From: Haemophilus sp.
Lineage (GTDB): Bacteria; Pseudomonadota; Gammaproteobacteria; Enterobacterales; Pasteurellaceae
Direction: 5' to 3' (one strand)
DNA: 64,000 bases
Assembly: GCF_019423025.1 (NCBI RefSeq)
Contig: NZ_JAHZCD010000007.1
The notes under the pieces were generated by a model. It made no database searches and was not told where the DNA came from. It was given only the letters and a program-made list of their open reading frames with translations. Each line of letters starts with the position of its first letter. The first letter of the stretch is position 1. Positions 28,263 through 38,921 of this stretch are shown here, piece after piece. The position numbers and the translations under genes were made by a program.

Positions 28263-28937
28263 ATGAATAGTAAACAATTAGCACAATATATTGATCACAC
28301 CGCCCTTACTGCAGAAAAAACAGAACAGGATATTCTTAAACTCTGTGATGAAGCTATTCAATACGGTTTTTATTCCGTCTGCATTAATTCAGGTTATATT
28401 CCTTTAGCCAAAGAAAAACTCGCTGGCTCAAACGTCAAAATTTGTACGGTTGTTGGTTTCCCTCTTGGCGCCAACTTATCCTCTATCAAAGCGTTTGAAA
28501 CCCAAGAAGCCATCAAAGCTGGGGCGGGTGAAATCGATATGGTAATTAATGTCGGCTTGATTAAATCCAATAAATGGGATGCCGTAAAAGATGATATTCA
28601 AGCTGTATTAACCGCTTGTCATGGTGTACCGCTTAAAGTGATTTTGGAAACATGCTTACTCACCAAAGAAGAAATCGTAAAAGCTTGTGAAATCTGTAAA
28701 GCGTTGGGTGTGGCATTCGTTAAAACCTCAACAGGTTTCAATAAAGGCGGCGCAACCGCAGAAGATGTTGCTTTAATGAAGAAAACGGTAGGCAACATCG
28801 GCGTGAAAGCCTCTGGCGGTATTCGTGATACCCAAACCGCACTAGCGATGATTGAAGCGGGAGCTACTCGAATTGGCGCAAGCGCAGGGATTGCCATTGT
28901 AACTGGTACTTCTGGTAATACCTCAAGCAATTACTAA
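28263..28937 (+). CDS. deoC: Deoxyribose-phosphate aldolase
   Basis: 224 aa, short-form Deo[12 protein letters not shown] and the FVKTSTGF Schiff-base lysine region. AGGAG RBS. Confidence 0.92.
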   Translation: MNSKQLAQYIDHTALTAEKTEQDILKLCDEAIQYGFYSVCINSGYIPLAKEKLAGSNVKICTVVGFPLGANLSSIKAFETQEAIKAGAGEIDMVINVGLIKSNKWDAVKDDIQAVLTACHGVPLKVILETCLLTKEEIVKACEICKALGVAFVKTSTGFNKGGATAEDVALMKKTVGNIGVKASGGIRDTQTALAMIEAGATRIGASAGIAIVTGTSGNTSSNY

Positions 28938-28945
28938 TCAATAAT

Positions 28946-28984
28946 AAAAAAGGAGATTGAAGTGGATGCCTCAATCTCCTTTTT
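28946..28984. terminator. Bidirectional terminator between deoC and proS
   Basis: aaaaa-aggagattga-N10-tcaatctcct-tttt. Confidence 0.8.
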
Positions 28985-29001
28985 AATCATCAAAGACTTA
29001 A

Positions 29002-30717
29002 TTAAGCTTTAATTTGTCCTTTTAAGAAATCTAACAACTGATCTTTTGCAATCATTTGTTTTTCACCGGTGCGGCGATTTTTGTATTCAATTTCGCCGTT
29101 TGCGAGATTTTTCTCCCCAATTACCACCATGTGTGGTACACCGATAAGTTCCATATCGGCAAACATCACACCAGGGCGTTCTTTGCGGTCATCAAAGATC
29201 ACTTCTACACCTTGTGCTTGTAAAGTGCGGTACAATTCTTCGGCATATTTTTGAACGCTTTCAGACTTATGCATATTCATAGGCACGACGGCTACGGTGA
29301 ATGGCGCAATTTCATCTGTTGGCCACACAATACCACGATCATCAAAATGTTGTTCAATCGCAGCAGCGACCACACGCGTTACACCAATACCGTAACATCC
29401 CATGGTTACGACCATTGGACGACCATCTTCACCTTGAACGGTTGCATTCATGGCTTCTGAATATTTTTTACCTAATTGGAAAATATGACCCACTTCGATA
29501 CCACGTTTGATCAATAAGGTACCTTTACCATCTGGGCTTGGATCACCTTCAACTACGTTACGAATATCCGCTACTTTTGGTAACGCTACATCACGTTCCC
29601 AGTTGATATTGAAGTAATGTTTACCATCAATGTTTGCACCCGCGCTGAAATCAGACACTAATGCCACTGAACGGTCAATAATCACTGGAATATTGAGATT
29701 AACAGGGCCTAATGAACCAACACCCGCACCAATTTTTGCTTTGATAACAGCTTCATCCGCAAACTCAAATGGTGAAGCCACTTCAGGTAATTTTTCTGCT
29801 TTAATTTCATTTAATTCATGGTCACCACGAATGACTAATGCCACTAACGGTTGCTCTTCGCTTGCCCCTTTTACGATTAAGGTTTTAACTGTTTTCTCAA
29901 TTGGCAAATTGAATTGTTCCACCAACTCAGCAATTGTTTTTGCATTTGGCGTATCAACTAATTCCATTGCTTTCGTTGGCGCGGCGCGTTCACCAATCGC
30001 CACCGCTTCTGCTAACTCAATGTTTGCTGCGTAATCTGATTCCGTAGAGAAAATCACATCATCTTCACCGCTGTTTGCTAACACTTGGAATTCATGTGAG
30101 GCGCTCCCTCCGATAGAACCGGTATCCGCTTGTACTGCACGGAAATCTAAACCTAAGCGATTAAAAATATTACTATACGTTTGGTACATCACATCATAAG
30201 TTTGTTGCAAGCTCGCGTGATCAGCATGGAAAGAATACGCATCTTTCATAATAAATTCACGTGAACGCATGACACCAAAACGAGGACGTACTTCATCACG
30301 GAATTTAGTTTGAATTTGGTATAAATTGATTGGAAGTTGTCTGTATGATGACACTTCGCGACGAACTAAATCCGTAATCACTTCTTCGTGTGTGGGACCT
30401 AATACAAAGTGACGATTACCACGATCCTCAAAACGAAGTAATTCTGGGCCATATTGTTCCCAACGGCCTGATTCTTCCCATAATTCTGCCGGTTGTACTA
30501 CTGGCATTTTGATTTCAAGTGCGCCGCTTTTATCCATTTCTTCACGGATGATTTTTTCTACTTTACGGAGCACACGCCAGCCGGTTGGCATCCAGTTATA
30601 GAGACCTGAAGCAAGAGGACGAATCATCCCTGCGCGAAGCATCAATTGATGGCTCACAATGGCCGCTTCAGCTGGGGTTTCTTTTAATGTTGAGAATAAA
30701 TATTGACTTGTACGCAT
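29002..30717 (-). CDS. proS: Prolyl-tRNA synthetase
   Basis: [33 protein letters not shown] is the canonical ProS start, giving 571 aa. The track extension to 30795 was rejected. Confidence 0.96.
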   Translation of the reverse strand: MRTSQYLFSTLKETPAEAAIVSHQLMLRAGMIRPLASGLYNWMPTGWRVLRKVEKIIREEMDKSGALEIKMPVVQPAELWEESGRWEQYGPELLRFEDRGNRHFVLGPTHEEVITDLVRREVSSYRQLPINLYQIQTKFRDEVRPRFGVMRSREFIMKDAYSFHADHASLQQTYDVMYQTYSNIFNRLGLDFRAVQADTGSIGGSASHEFQVLANSGEDDVIFSTESDYAANIELAEAVAIGERAAPTKAMELVDTPNAKTIAELVEQFNLPIEKTVKTLIVKGASEEQPLVALVIRGDHELNEIKAEKLPEVASPFEFADEAVIKAKIGAGVGSLGPVNLNIPVIIDRSVALVSDFSAGANIDGKHYFNINWERDVALPKVADIRNVVEGDPSPDGKGTLLIKRGIEVGHIFQLGKKYSEAMNATVQGEDGRPMVVTMGCYGIGVTRVVAAAIEQHFDDRGIVWPTDEIAPFTVAVVPMNMHKSESVQKYAEELYRTLQAQGVEVIFDDRKERPGVMFADMELIGVPHMVVIGEKNLANGEIEYKNRRTGEKQMIAKDQLLDFLKGQIKA

Positions 30718-30769
30718 TGAATTAACCTTAGATTCTAAGCATTGAGAAAAAATTGGTGAGAGTATAACA

Positions 30770-30801
30770 AAAAGTGCGGTCATTTTTAACCGCACTTTTT
30801 T
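30770..30801 (-). terminator. USS-pair terminator after nlpD
   Basis: aaaagtgcggt-cattttta-accgcactttttt. Confidence 0.75.
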
Positions 30802-30812
30802 ATGAGAAAAGA

Positions 30813-32048
30813 TTATCTTCTCGGTAAGTATCTAACTGGATCCACAGATTTACCTTTATAACGGATCTCGAAGTGAAGTTTCACAGCATTGGTTCCTGTG
30901 CTACCCATTTTCGCAATCTCTTGACCCGCTTTCACTTCTTGTTGATCGCTCACAAGGATCTTGTCGTTGTGTGCATAAGCACTTAAGAAATCATCATTAT
31001 GTTTGATGATGATTAAGTTACCGTAGCCACGTAATGCGTTACCCGCATACACAACACGACCGCTCGCGGCAGCTTTAACCGCTTGTCCGCGAGAACCGCT
31101 GATATCGATCCCTTTGTTACCTCCATCGGTATTAGAGAAGCCTTGGATCACATTGCCTTGGGTTGGCCATTGCCATGCCACATTCGATGCCACTGGTGCC
31201 ACAACGTTCGCATTAACTGGTGTATTGTTTGTAGTTTCCACTTGTGTTGTCGTCGTTGTCACTGGCGTACTCGGTGTATTGTTGGTAAACGCTGGGGTTG
31301 ATGTACCACCAGTTGCGACACCAGCTTTAATTGGACCAATTACCGTACCATCAGAGCCAATTTGAGTACCATTCGCACCTGGTGTATAAGTCACTTCTGG
31401 TTCAGCTGGAGCTGTTGGTGCAGTTGGTGCCGTCGTTTTCACTGGTACAGTCGTGGTAACCGTTTTAGTTGAACAATTTGAAATTTTTAACGTTTGGCCC
31501 ACACTTAAGCTATAAGGCTCTTTCATATTGTTCATGCTCGCTAAATCTTTTACATCCATACCGGTTAAGTAAGCGATTAAGAACATGGTATCGCCTTTAT
31601 TTACTTTATAGGTATTTCCTTTGTATGAACCTTTTTGAATTTGGCTGTAATCCGGCGCATTGGTATTTGGATTACGCGGCACATTGATTGCGCCAGAGCT
31701 GGTGCAATCAGAAACCGTTTTGGTTACTGTTTTAGTCTGTGGTTGAACCGGTGCTGGAGCTGGCGTTGGTTTAGGCTGTGCTGCAGCAGGTTGTTGAACC
31801 GGTTGATAAGTTGGTTGGAAACTTGGTTGTGGTGTTTGAGTTCCCGTTGGCACGCTATTGCCCATGGTATTTGGCATCGTATTTTGTTGGATTTCTGGCT
31901 GCCATGTACCGCTCGAATTATTATCAACAGGCTGCATTACACCCGGAGAAAGTGTGCCATCTACATTTTCAATTGGCGCAGGGCTATTTGAACTACACGC
32001 CGTTAAAATAGCGATACTCACAGGGAGCAATAAAAACGATTTTTTCAT
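30813..32048 (-). CDS. nlpD: NlpD/LppB-type lipoprotein (LysM domain plus M23 peptidase domain)
   Basis: Lipobox ILTAC. Pro/Thr/Gln-rich linker. LysM segment ([17 protein letters not shown]). C-terminal M23 domain (GIDISG.., AYAHND). Confidence 0.9.
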   Translation of the reverse strand: MKKSFLLLPVSIAILTACSSNSPAPIENVDGTLSPGVMQPVDNNSSGTWQPEIQQNTMPNTMGNSVPTGTQTPQPSFQPTYQPVQQPAAAQPKPTPAPAPVQPQTKTVTKTVSDCTSSGAINVPRNPNTNAPDYSQIQKGSYKGNTYKVNKGDTMFLIAYLTGMDVKDLASMNNMKEPYSLSVGQTLKISNCSTKTVTTTVPVKTTAPTAPTAPAEPEVTYTPGANGTQIGSDGTVIGPIKAGVATGGTSTPAFTNNTPSTPVTTTTTQVETTNNTPVNANVVAPVASNVAWQWPTQGNVIQGFSNTDGGNKGIDISGSRGQAVKAAASGRVVYAGNALRGYGNLIIIKHNDDFLSAYAHNDKILVSDQQEVKAGQEIAKMGSTGTNAVKLHFEIRYKGKSVDPVRYLPRR

Positions 32049-32071
32049 TTATTCTTCCTTTAACATTAAAT

Positions 32072-32272
32072 TTATTTCATTTGATTTGGCATCGAATTCT
32101 TTTCAATTTCCGGCATAAAGCTACCACCGGCAACCGCTCCCGTTCCCTCGACTGGCTGCATAATACCATCAGGTAACGCATCGGAATCTTGTTTTTTCGG
32201 CTCTCCCGTACAAGCAGAAATCAGCAATGCACTCGAGATAATTAAGAGTAATTTATTCATAAAAAAGGTCAT
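32072..32272 (-). CDS. Small lipoprotein paralogous to the NlpD N-terminal region
   Basis: Lipobox LISAC. ALPDGIMQPVEGTG..FMPEIEKNSMPNQM aligns with Nlp[29 protein letters not shown]. The start is more likely ATG 32260 (MNKLLL). Lies 23 nt upstream of nlpD. Confidence 0.6.
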   Translation of the reverse strand: MTFFMNKLLLIISSALLISACTGEPKKQDSDALPDGIMQPVEGTGAVAGGSFMPEIEKNSMPNQMK

Positions 32273-32276
32273 CCTG

Positions 32277-32852
32277 TTATTTTAAAATAAGATAAGCAAT
32301 CACAGCCAGAGCAACCACACTCCAACCAATGATTTCAATGGATTTACGTAATTTCGCGGCGAATTTCTCTCCGCCCCATGCGGCCAGTTTTGCCACTAAA
32401 ATAAAACGAGCAAAACGCGATACAAATGCGGTTATCACAAAGGGTATAAATGACATTTGCATCACGCCGGCACAAATGGTGAAAACTTTATAAGGAATAG
32501 GACTAAAACCGGCAACAAAGACCACTAAAATACCCCATTCTTTAAACCACGCCATGGCCTGCTCCCAAGCGGCTTGGTAACCCCATTGTTGAATATAGCC
32601 TTGTACCCAATCAAAGGCATAGTAACCAATAGCATAACCAATCATTCCCCCCACTACTGAAGCGACCGCCGTATAAAGCGCAAAACGAAATGCACTTTTC
32701 GGTTTTGACATTGACATCGGAATCAACATCACATCTGGTGGAACAGGGAAAAAAATGGCCTCAATAAAACTCACAAAGGATAACCAAAACACGGCAAAGC
32801 GATGTTTTGACCATTGCATTGTTTTATCATACATCGCACCAAAAATATTCAT
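32277..32852 (-). CDS. YqaA-family (DedA/SNARE-associated-like) inner membrane protein
   Basis: 191 aa, polytopic. FFPVPPDVMLIPM motif typical of YqaA-type proteins. Confidence 0.6.
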   Translation of the reverse strand: MNIFGAMYDKTMQWSKHRFAVFWLSFVSFIEAIFFPVPPDVMLIPMSMSKPKSAFRFALYTAVASVVGGMIGYAIGYYAFDWVQGYIQQWGYQAAWEQAMAWFKEWGILVVFVAGFSPIPYKVFTICAGVMQMSFIPFVITAFVSRFARFILVAKLAAWGGEKFAAKLRKSIEIIGWSVVALAVIAYLILK

Positions 32853-32903
32853 TCACTTATCCTTTATTGCTTCAATAGGGAAAATTCGTTTCAAAACGGC
32901 ACA

Positions 32904-33644
32904 TTATTCACTTTCCAGCCAATCTTGTAAAGCAGCAATTGACTGATGAGCCGTAAGATCCGCTTGAATTGGCGTAATGGCAACATAACCATTTTTTACC
33001 GCATGAAAATCTGTACCTTCACCATCATATTCTGGCAAGCCTGACGGGCCAATCCAATAAATATTTTCGCCACGAGGATCTTCTTGTTTAATCACTTCTG
33101 CAGCGGATGAGCGATAACCTAAATGACAGACTTTAATGCCTTTGAGTTCTTCGTAAGGCAAATCTGGCACATTGATATTGATCACTTCGCGTTTATTCAA
33201 TAATTGAGGATGTAATTTCGGAATTAAATCGCACACTACACGAGCCGCTGTTTCATAATGCAAACGACCATCTAAAGATACCGCAATAGCTGGCAACCCT
33301 AAATGGCGACCTTCCAATGCTGCAGCCAAAGTACCTGAATAAATCGTATCATCCCCCATATTGCAACCCGCGTTAATGCCTGATACGACAAGATCCACTT
33401 GTCCAGATAAAAAACCGTTTAGTGCCAAATGCACACAGTCAGCCGGTGTGCCATTCACGCAATAATCACCACTATCTAAATGACGTGGGCGAAGTGGCTC
33501 AACAAGCGTTAATGAGCTTGATGCCGCGCTACGATTACGATCGGGCGCAACGATCACCACATCGGCAATTTTGCGTAATTCTTTTGCTAAAACTTGAATC
33601 CCTTCGGCATGAAAACCGTCATCATTGCTGACTAAAATTCGCAT
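32904..33644 (-). CDS. surE: 5'/3'-nucleotidase SurE
   Basis: [17 protein letters not shown]-terminal motif, 246 aa. 1-nt overlap with truD. Confidence 0.94.
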   Translation of the reverse strand: MRILVSNDDGFHAEGIQVLAKELRKIADVVIVAPDRNRSAASSSLTLVEPLRPRHLDSGDYCVNGTPADCVHLALNGFLSGQVDLVVSGINAGCNMGDDTIYSGTLAAALEGRHLGLPAIAVSLDGRLHYETAARVVCDLIPKLHPQLLNKREVININVPDLPYEELKGIKVCHLGYRSSAAEVIKQEDPRGENIYWIGPSGLPEYDGEGTDFHAVKNGYVAITPIQADLTAHQSIAALQDWLESE

Positions 33645-34666
33645 TATTCTTCTTCCTTAATATTCACTAACTCTCGCACCAATGCAGTGGCATAACTCCC
33701 TGCCGGCAAATAAAATGAGAGCTTCAATCCTTCTTCAACAAACGTCCAATGGAAATCTTTTGCCTGCATCAATAAAGGGCGGCGAGCGGCTTTCATTCTT
33801 TCTTGTTTCATTAATTCTTGGAAAACCTGATGTTCCAAAACCACTTTATTTTCGACCGCACTTGCAGATAAATTTTCTTCGCCAATTAAAGGCGCGGTGA
33901 GCAAAATATCTTGTTCGTTCAAACGTTGCTGTAAGACTGCTAAATCTTCATTTTCATCGGCCTTAAACCAACTGTGCGATCCGTTTAATTGCACAATATC
34001 GTCTCTTAGAACCTGATCTGCCACATTTTGTTCAATTCGTTCTGCTACAACTAAATTAAAAATTTCGCTGCGAGCTGCTGAAAGATAAAAACTGCGTTTT
34101 TTACGATCTTTGACCTTAATCTCCCCTTTCGCCCAACGAATCGCTTGAGTCAGATTATGACCGTCGCGTCCAAAACGTTGTTCGGTGAAATAGTTAGGGA
34201 AACCATATTTCGCCACAAAATTTAAGCGTACATTCAACTCATCACTTTCTTTTGCACCGCGCAATAAAATCTCGAAGGCATTTCCTTGAAGACTACCCGT
34301 ACGAATTTTACGATTGTGGCGAGTGACGTCTAAAATCTCGACGCCTTCCAACTGAAATTGGCTAAAATCTGGTGTTTCCTTCCCCGGCATTTGTAAACAA
34401 AACCATTGTTCCGTAATGCCATGACGATCTTTCAAACCGGCATACCCCATATTTCGCTCAGAAACACCTGCAAACTTGGCTAACTTTTCGCCTACAAACA
34501 ATGTATTGCAATCCGTTTTACGGATTTTTACCGCCACAAATTCGCCTTCGCCTGACATTTCATAGCCGAGATCTTCTTTAACAATAAAGTCAGCGAACGC
34601 TTGCTTTAAAAGTGCGGTTGATTTTGGCGGTGTTTTTAAGGTGAAATAAGGGAGATGTTTGACCAT
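33644..34666 (-). CDS. truD: tRNA pseudouridine(13) synthase TruD
   Basis: [13 protein letters not shown] catalytic Asp motif. 340 aa from MVKHLPYF. The track extension to 34801 was rejected. Confidence 0.9.
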   Translation of the reverse strand: MVKHLPYFTLKTPPKSTALLKQAFADFIVKEDLGYEMSGEGEFVAVKIRKTDCNTLFVGEKLAKFAGVSERNMGYAGLKDRHGITEQWFCLQMPGKETPDFSQFQLEGVEILDVTRHNRKIRTGSLQGNAFEILLRGAKESDELNVRLNFVAKYGFPNYFTEQRFGRDGHNLTQAIRWAKGEIKVKDRKKRSFYLSAARSEIFNLVVAERIEQNVADQVLRDDIVQLNGSHSWFKADENEDLAVLQQRLNEQDILLTAPLIGEENLSASAVENKVVLEHQVFQELMKQERMKAARRPLLMQAKDFHWTFVEEGLKLSFYLPAGSYATALVRELVNIKEEE

Positions 34667-34871
34667 TTTTTTCGTTCTAAAATAAGAAAGCCCAACTTTT
34701 TCGCTGCAATAAATAGCGTGATCAGCTGGGCATGTTAAACACAATTTATTCGCGCAGAATTTTAACCTTTCCTCCCCGTCAAGGCAAACTGAAATGAGCA
34801 TAAATTTTTAGCGACATTTTCATCTTTATCCCCTACAATGACCGCACTTTTTCTGACAAAAGGAATGCCTT

Positions 34872-35300
34872 ATGACGAACTTTAACGAACTCCAAGAAGA
34901 AACTCGTGAAATCATTACGGATTTATTAAATGACGGCAGCGATCCGGATGCCCTTTATATTATCGAACATCACATCGCTCATTATGATTTTGATACATTA
35001 GAAAAAATTGCTGTGGATGCTTTCAAAGCAGGCTATGAAGTGTCAGAAGCGGAAGAATTTGAAGATGAAAGTGGCAAGGTCATTTTCTGCTTTGACATCA
35101 TCAGTGAAGTAGAATTAAAGCCCGAAATTATCGATGCACAACAAAAAGAAATTTTACCATTAGTGGAAAAATACAAAGGCATTTATGATGGCTGGGGCAC
35201 GTATTTTGAAGATCCGAATGCCGAGGACGATGAATACGGCGATGACGGCGAATTTTTTGACGATGAAGATGTCGAAGACGACAACGAACGTTTACATTAA
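34872..35300 (+). CDS. rraB: Regulator of RNase E activity RraB
   Basis: 142 aa. [14 protein letters not shown] motif and an acidic C-terminal tail. AAGGA RBS. Confidence 0.85.
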   Translation: MTNFNELQEETREIITDLLNDGSDPDALYIIEHHIAHYDFDTLEKIAVDAFKAGYEVSEAEEFEDESGKVIFCFDIISEVELKPEIIDAQQKEILPLVEKYKGIYDGWGTYFEDPNAEDDEYGDDGEFFDDEDVEDDNERLH

Positions 35301-35308
35301 TAATAACA

Positions 35309-35337
35309 AAGGGCGTATTAAACCGCCCTTAATTTTT
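35309..35337 (+). terminator. Terminator of rraB
   Basis: aagggcg-tattaaac-cgccctt followed by aattttt. Confidence 0.7.
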
Positions 35338-35362
35338 ATCTTACCCAAATAGGAATGAAACA

Positions 35363-36076
35363 ATGAAACTCAAAACGCTTTCTTTAGCATTACTTGCCTT
35401 GCCTATCGCTTCTTTTGCAACAGAACCCGTATTTCATCAGTCAACGGATGTCAGCTTTAGTGTTGAAGCTGAAAGAGAGGTAGAACGAGATTTATTGCAA
35501 GTGTCCCTTTTTTACCAAGCGGAAGGCAATGATTTATCCGCACTCAATAAAACTATGGCGGAAAAAATGAATAAAGCCATTGAGTTGGCAAAAGCACAAA
35601 GTGCGGTTGAAATTAAAGATAATTCTCGCAATACCTGGATTCGCTATGACAATAAAGGCAAACAACAAGGCTGGATTGCGCGTGCAGAATTAACCTTAGA
35701 AAGTAAAGATTCTCAAGCATTATCAACATTAGTACATGAATTAGATGGCGTATTAGCCATTGATCGCGTAAGTGCCTCTGTTTCACGTGAGAAATTAAGT
35801 AGTTTAGAAAATGAATTAACCAAAGAGGCTTTAGCAAAAGTTAAAGATAAAGCCCTATTAATTCAAGAATCTTTGCAGATGAAAGGTTATCACACACAAA
35901 GCCTTGACGTGTCTTCTGCCAATGATTCCGCGAATGATTTCCGCCCTTATGCTGCAGGGGCAATGATGGCAAAAAGTTTCTCTTACTCGGATGAAAAAGA
36001 TGAAACTTACACTCAAAGTGGCAAAGAGAAAATTAAAGTCAGTGTGAATGCGCGAATTGCATTGCTTAAAGAATAA
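35363..36076 (+). CDS. Periplasmic SIMPL/DUF541-domain protein (YggE-like)
   Basis: Signal peptide MKLKTLSLALLALPIASFA. 237 aa. The overall pattern resembles the SIMPL family. Confidence 0.55.
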   Translation: MKLKTLSLALLALPIASFATEPVFHQSTDVSFSVEAEREVERDLLQVSLFYQAEGNDLSALNKTMAEKMNKAIELAKAQSAVEIKDNSRNTWIRYDNKGKQQGWIARAELTLESKDSQALSTLVHELDGVLAIDRVSASVSREKLSSLENELTKEALAKVKDKALLIQESLQMKGYHTQSLDVSSANDSANDFRPYAAGAMMAKSFSYSDEKDETYTQSGKEKIKVSVNARIALLKE

Positions 36077-36120
36077 TTTTCTATACAATGAACGACGATT
36101 TTTTTAATAAGGAAAACACT

Positions 36121-36759
36121 ATGAAAATAGCAAAAAATACGGTTGTGAGTATCGCTTACCAAGTACGTACTCAAGACGGTGTATTAGTTGATGAAGCACC
36201 AGCAAATCAACCATTAGAATATTTACAAGGCCACAATAACTTAATCATTGGTCTTGAAAATGCTTTAGAAGGTAAAGAAGTTGGCGACAAATTTGAAGTG
36301 CGTGTTCAACCTGAAGAAGGCTACGGCGAATACAATGAAAATATGGTTCAACGTGTACCCAAAGAGGTATTCCAAGGCGTTGATGAAGTGGTGGTTGGTA
36401 TGCGTTTCTTAGCAGATACAGACATCGGCCCGGTTCCTGTTGTGATCACGGAAGTAGATGGTGATGAAGTGGTAGTTGATGGTAACCACATGTTAGCGGG
36501 CCAAGAATTACACTTCACTGTGGAAGTTGTTGGCACTCGTGAAGCAACATTAGAAGAAATTGCTCACGGTCACGTACATGGCGCACATGATCACCACCAT
36601 CATCATGATGACGAAGATGGTCACGGTTGTGGGTGTGGCGGTCACGGTCATCACCACCATGATCACGATCACGGACACGGCGGTTGCTGTGGCGGTGGTC
36701 ATCATCACGATCATGATCACGGACACGGTCATGGCGGCTGTGGTTGTGGCGGTCACTAA
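36121..36759 (+). CDS. slyD: FKBP-type peptidyl-prolyl isomerase SlyD with an extended His/Cys/Gly-rich metal-binding tail
   Basis: MKIAKNTVVSIAYQVRTQDG.. is the SlyD start. IF-domain region present. Tail runs from HGHVHGAHDHHHHH to GGCGCGGH. Confidence 0.92.
   Translation: MKIAKNTVVSIAYQVRTQDGVLVDEAPANQPLEYLQGHNNLIIGLENALEGKEVGDKFEVRVQPEEGYGEYNENMVQRVPKEVFQGVDEVVVGMRFLADTDIGPVPVVITEVDGDEVVVDGNHMLAGQELHFTVEVVGTREATLEEIAHGHVHGAHDHHHHHDDEDGHGCGCGGHGHHHHDHDHGHGGCCGGGHHHDHDHGHGHGGCGCGGH
36565..36756 (+). repeat. Imperfect internal tandem modules encoding the SlyD His/Cys/Gly tail
   Basis: About 2.7 copies of a 16-18-aa module: GHGCGCGGHGHHHHDHDH / GHGGCCGGGHHHDHDH / GHGHGGCGCGGH. Confidence 0.7.
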
Positions 36760-36775
36760 TCTTCATTTAAGAGAT

Positions 36776-36808
36776 AAAAAAGTGCGGTTAAAAATAACCG
36801 CACTTTTT
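36776..36808. terminator. Bidirectional USS-pair terminator between slyD and hslU
   Basis: aaaaagtgcggtta-aaaa-taaccgcacttttt. Confidence 0.85.
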
Positions 36809-36825
36809 CTTTATCTAAACTTTCA

Positions 36826-38160
36826 TTACAGAATGAATCGACTTAAATCTTCGTTTTCAATCACTTCGCCTAATGCCTCAATCACATAGGCCGCATCAAT
36901 ATTCACGGTTTGTCCGTTCATATCGCTCGCATCAAATGAGATTTTATCCATTAAACGTTCCATAACGGTATGTAAACGTCTTGCACCGATATTCTCCGTT
37001 TTCTCATTCACACGGAAGGCGGCTTCAGCAATCTTCTTAATGGCATCTTGTGTAAACTCAATGCTCACGCCTTCTGTCGCCATAAGCGCTTTATATTGCT
37101 CCGTTAAAGACGCATTTGGCTCAGTTAGAATACGCTCAAAATCCTCTGCCGTTAATGCAGACAATTCAACACGAATCGGCAAACGACCTTGCAATTCTGG
37201 AATTAAATCCGATGGACGCGCCACTTGGAATGCTCCTGATGCAATAAAGAGAATATGATCAGTTTTCACCATCCCGTGTTTCGTATTAACTGTTGAACCT
37301 TCCACTAATGGTAATAAGTCACGTTGCACACCTTCACGAGAAACATCTGCACCACTGTATTCGCCTTTTTTACAGATCTTGTCGATCTCATCAATAAACA
37401 CGATACCGTTTTGTTCAACTGCATCAATGGCTTTTTGTTTCAATTCTTCCGGATTAATCAATTTGGCAGCTTCATCGTCAATTAAGGTTTTTAATGCATC
37501 CTTAATTTTCATTTTGCGTTTTTTGGTTTTATCCGAACCCAGGCTTTGGAACATGGATTGCAACTGATTGGTCATTTCTTCCATGCCTGGAGGTGCCATG
37601 ATTTCCACGCCCATTGACACGCCCGCAGACACATCAATTTCGATTTCTTTATCGTCTAATTGCCCTTCGCGTAATTTTTTACGGAACGCTTGGCGAGTGC
37701 TGCTGTTGGTATCGTGGTTTTCGACTTCACCCCATTGATTTTTCGGTGGGGGCAATAATGCATCTAAAATACGGTCTTCCGCCGCATCTTCTGCTTTCGC
37801 ACGATTTTTCGCAATTTCTTGTTGGCGAACCAATTTCATCGCACTGTCCGTTAAATCCCGGATAATGGAATCCACTTCTTTCCCCACATAGCCCACTTCG
37901 GTGAACTTGGTTGCTTCCACTTTAATGAATGGCGCATTGGCTAATTTTGCAAGACGACGTGCAATCTCGGTTTTACCCACACCCGTTGGCCCAATCATTA
38001 AAATATTTTTAGGGGTGACTTCATGGCGAAGTGGTTCTTGCAACTGCATTCTTCTCCAACGGTTACGTAATGCGATCGCAACCGCTCTTTTCGCCTCTTT
38101 TTGGCCGATAATATGTTGATCTAATTCGGAAACAATTTCACGAGGGGTCATTTCAGACAT
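36826..38160 (-). CDS. hslU: ATP-dependent protease ATPase subunit HslU
   Basis: [20 protein letters not shown] and Walker [16 protein letters not shown]. 444 aa. Confidence 0.97.
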   Translation of the reverse strand: MSEMTPREIVSELDQHIIGQKEAKRAVAIALRNRWRRMQLQEPLRHEVTPKNILMIGPTGVGKTEIARRLAKLANAPFIKVEATKFTEVGYVGKEVDSIIRDLTDSAMKLVRQQEIAKNRAKAEDAAEDRILDALLPPPKNQWGEVENHDTNSSTRQAFRKKLREGQLDDKEIEIDVSAGVSMGVEIMAPPGMEEMTNQLQSMFQSLGSDKTKKRKMKIKDALKTLIDDEAAKLINPEELKQKAIDAVEQNGIVFIDEIDKICKKGEYSGADVSREGVQRDLLPLVEGSTVNTKHGMVKTDHILFIASGAFQVARPSDLIPELQGRLPIRVELSALTAEDFERILTEPNASLTEQYKALMATEGVSIEFTQDAIKKIAEAAFRVNEKTENIGARRLHTVMERLMDKISFDASDMNGQTVNIDAAYVIEALGEVIENEDLSRFIL

Positions 38161-38169
38161 AATTTTTCC

Positions 38170-38700
38170 TTATTTATTCGGTAATTCTTCAATAGTGAAA
38201 TTTGTATTGGTAAACACGCAAATATCACCGGCAATTTTTAAAGATTTTTCCACAATTTCACGAGCTGATAAATCAGTATTCTCCACCAACGCACGGGCTG
38301 CCGATAATGCATAGTTACCGCCAGAACCAATGGCTAAAATCTGATCGGCTTCCGGTTGCACCACATCACCAATACCGGTAATGATTAAACTTTCTTTTTC
38401 ATCCGCTACAATCAGCATTGCTTCTAACTTGCGTAACGCACGATCGGTTCGCCAATCTTTCGCTAATTCCACGGCGGCTTTTAACAAATGCCCTTGATGC
38501 ATTTCTAATTTACGCTCAAATAATTCAAATAAGGTGAACGCATCGGCTGTACCACCTGCGAAACCGGCTAAAACTTTGCCATTATATAAACGGCGTACTT
38601 TACGGGCATTCCCTTTCATGACGGTGTTGCCTAATGAAACCTGTCCATCGCCCCCAACAACCACTTGGCCATTACGACGTACGCTTACAATTGTTGTCAT
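38170..38700 (-). CDS. hslV: ATP-dependent protease subunit HslV
   Basis: [20 protein letters not shown] with the Thr2 nucleophile. 176 aa. Confidence 0.97.
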   Translation of the reverse strand: MTTIVSVRRNGQVVVGGDGQVSLGNTVMKGNARKVRRLYNGKVLAGFAGGTADAFTLFELFERKLEMHQGHLLKAAVELAKDWRTDRALRKLEAMLIVADEKESLIITGIGDVVQPEADQILAIGSGGNYALSAARALVENTDLSAREIVEKSLKIAGDICVFTNTNFTIEELPNK

Positions 38701-38736
38701 TCTTTTTTATCCTTCTTTTAAGAAAAGTTATTCGTT

Positions 38737-38765
38737 ATATGGCGATCGATTCCGCCAAATTCAAG
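38737..38765 (-). promoter_or_regulatory. Sigma32 (heat-shock) promoter candidate for hslVU
   Basis: The coding strand reads CTTGAAT-N14-CGCCATAT, against the consensus CTTGAAA-N13-15-CCCCATNT. Lies about 40 nt upstream of the hslV ATG. Confidence 0.6.
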
Positions 38766-38811
38766 GGGAAATTTTTCTTTGATGCTTTATTAAACAACCA
38801 TTTCAAAAAAA

Positions 38812-38827
38812 TGTGACAAAGATCACT
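38812..38827 (+). promoter_or_regulatory. Near-consensus CRP site upstream of aphA
   Basis: tgtgacaaagatcact matches TGTGA-N6-TCACA at 9 of 10 positions, flanked by A/T runs. Positioned for class II activation of a promoter with -10 TATTAT at 38850..38855. Confidence 0.6.
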
Positions 38828-38834
38828 TTTTTAA

Positions 38835-38852
38835 ATAGCAAACGATTGCTAT
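38835..38852 (+). promoter_or_regulatory. PurR-box-like inverted repeat overlapping the aphA core promoter
   Basis: atagcaaacgattgctat. The core GCAAACGATTGC differs at one position from the PurR-box core GCAAACGTTTGC as I recall it. Confidence 0.4.
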
Positions 38853-38921
38853 TATTTCACACCCATATTTTAAAGGGATATGATTTGTTACAAGTAAAAC
38901 AAACTACTTAATGAGGAAAAC

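Noticed and set aside
29630-30034. 134-aa ORF antisense to proS
   Set aside because: It lies entirely within a highly conserved essential gene on the other strand, and its composition is typical of antisense frames.
30718-30795. N-terminal extensions offered by the ORF track for proS (shown), hldD (27597..27656), truD (34667..34801), hslR (43477..43563), zwf (47476..47547), gnd (51624..51695), slyD (36088..36120), manX and manZ
   Set aside because: In each case the conserved family N-terminus begins at an internal ATG preceded by a good RBS. The extension uses GTG or TTG, overlaps a neighbouring gene or terminator, or both.
31083-32118. Cluster of antisense ORFs (for example 31635..31991 +, 118 aa) opposite nlpD
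   Set aside because: They are artefacts of the Pro/Thr/Gln-rich low-complexity linker of NlpD. The sequences are W/R/C-rich nonsense with no RBS.
36515-36889. Three overlapping ORFs (36515..36766 -, 36550..36756 -, 36560..36889 +) rich in His/Asp/Arg or Val/Thr/Met
   Set aside because: They are alternative-frame and antisense readings of the low-complexity CAC/CAT/GGT/GAT repeats that encode the SlyD tail. None has an RBS, and the slyD frame is clearly the real one.
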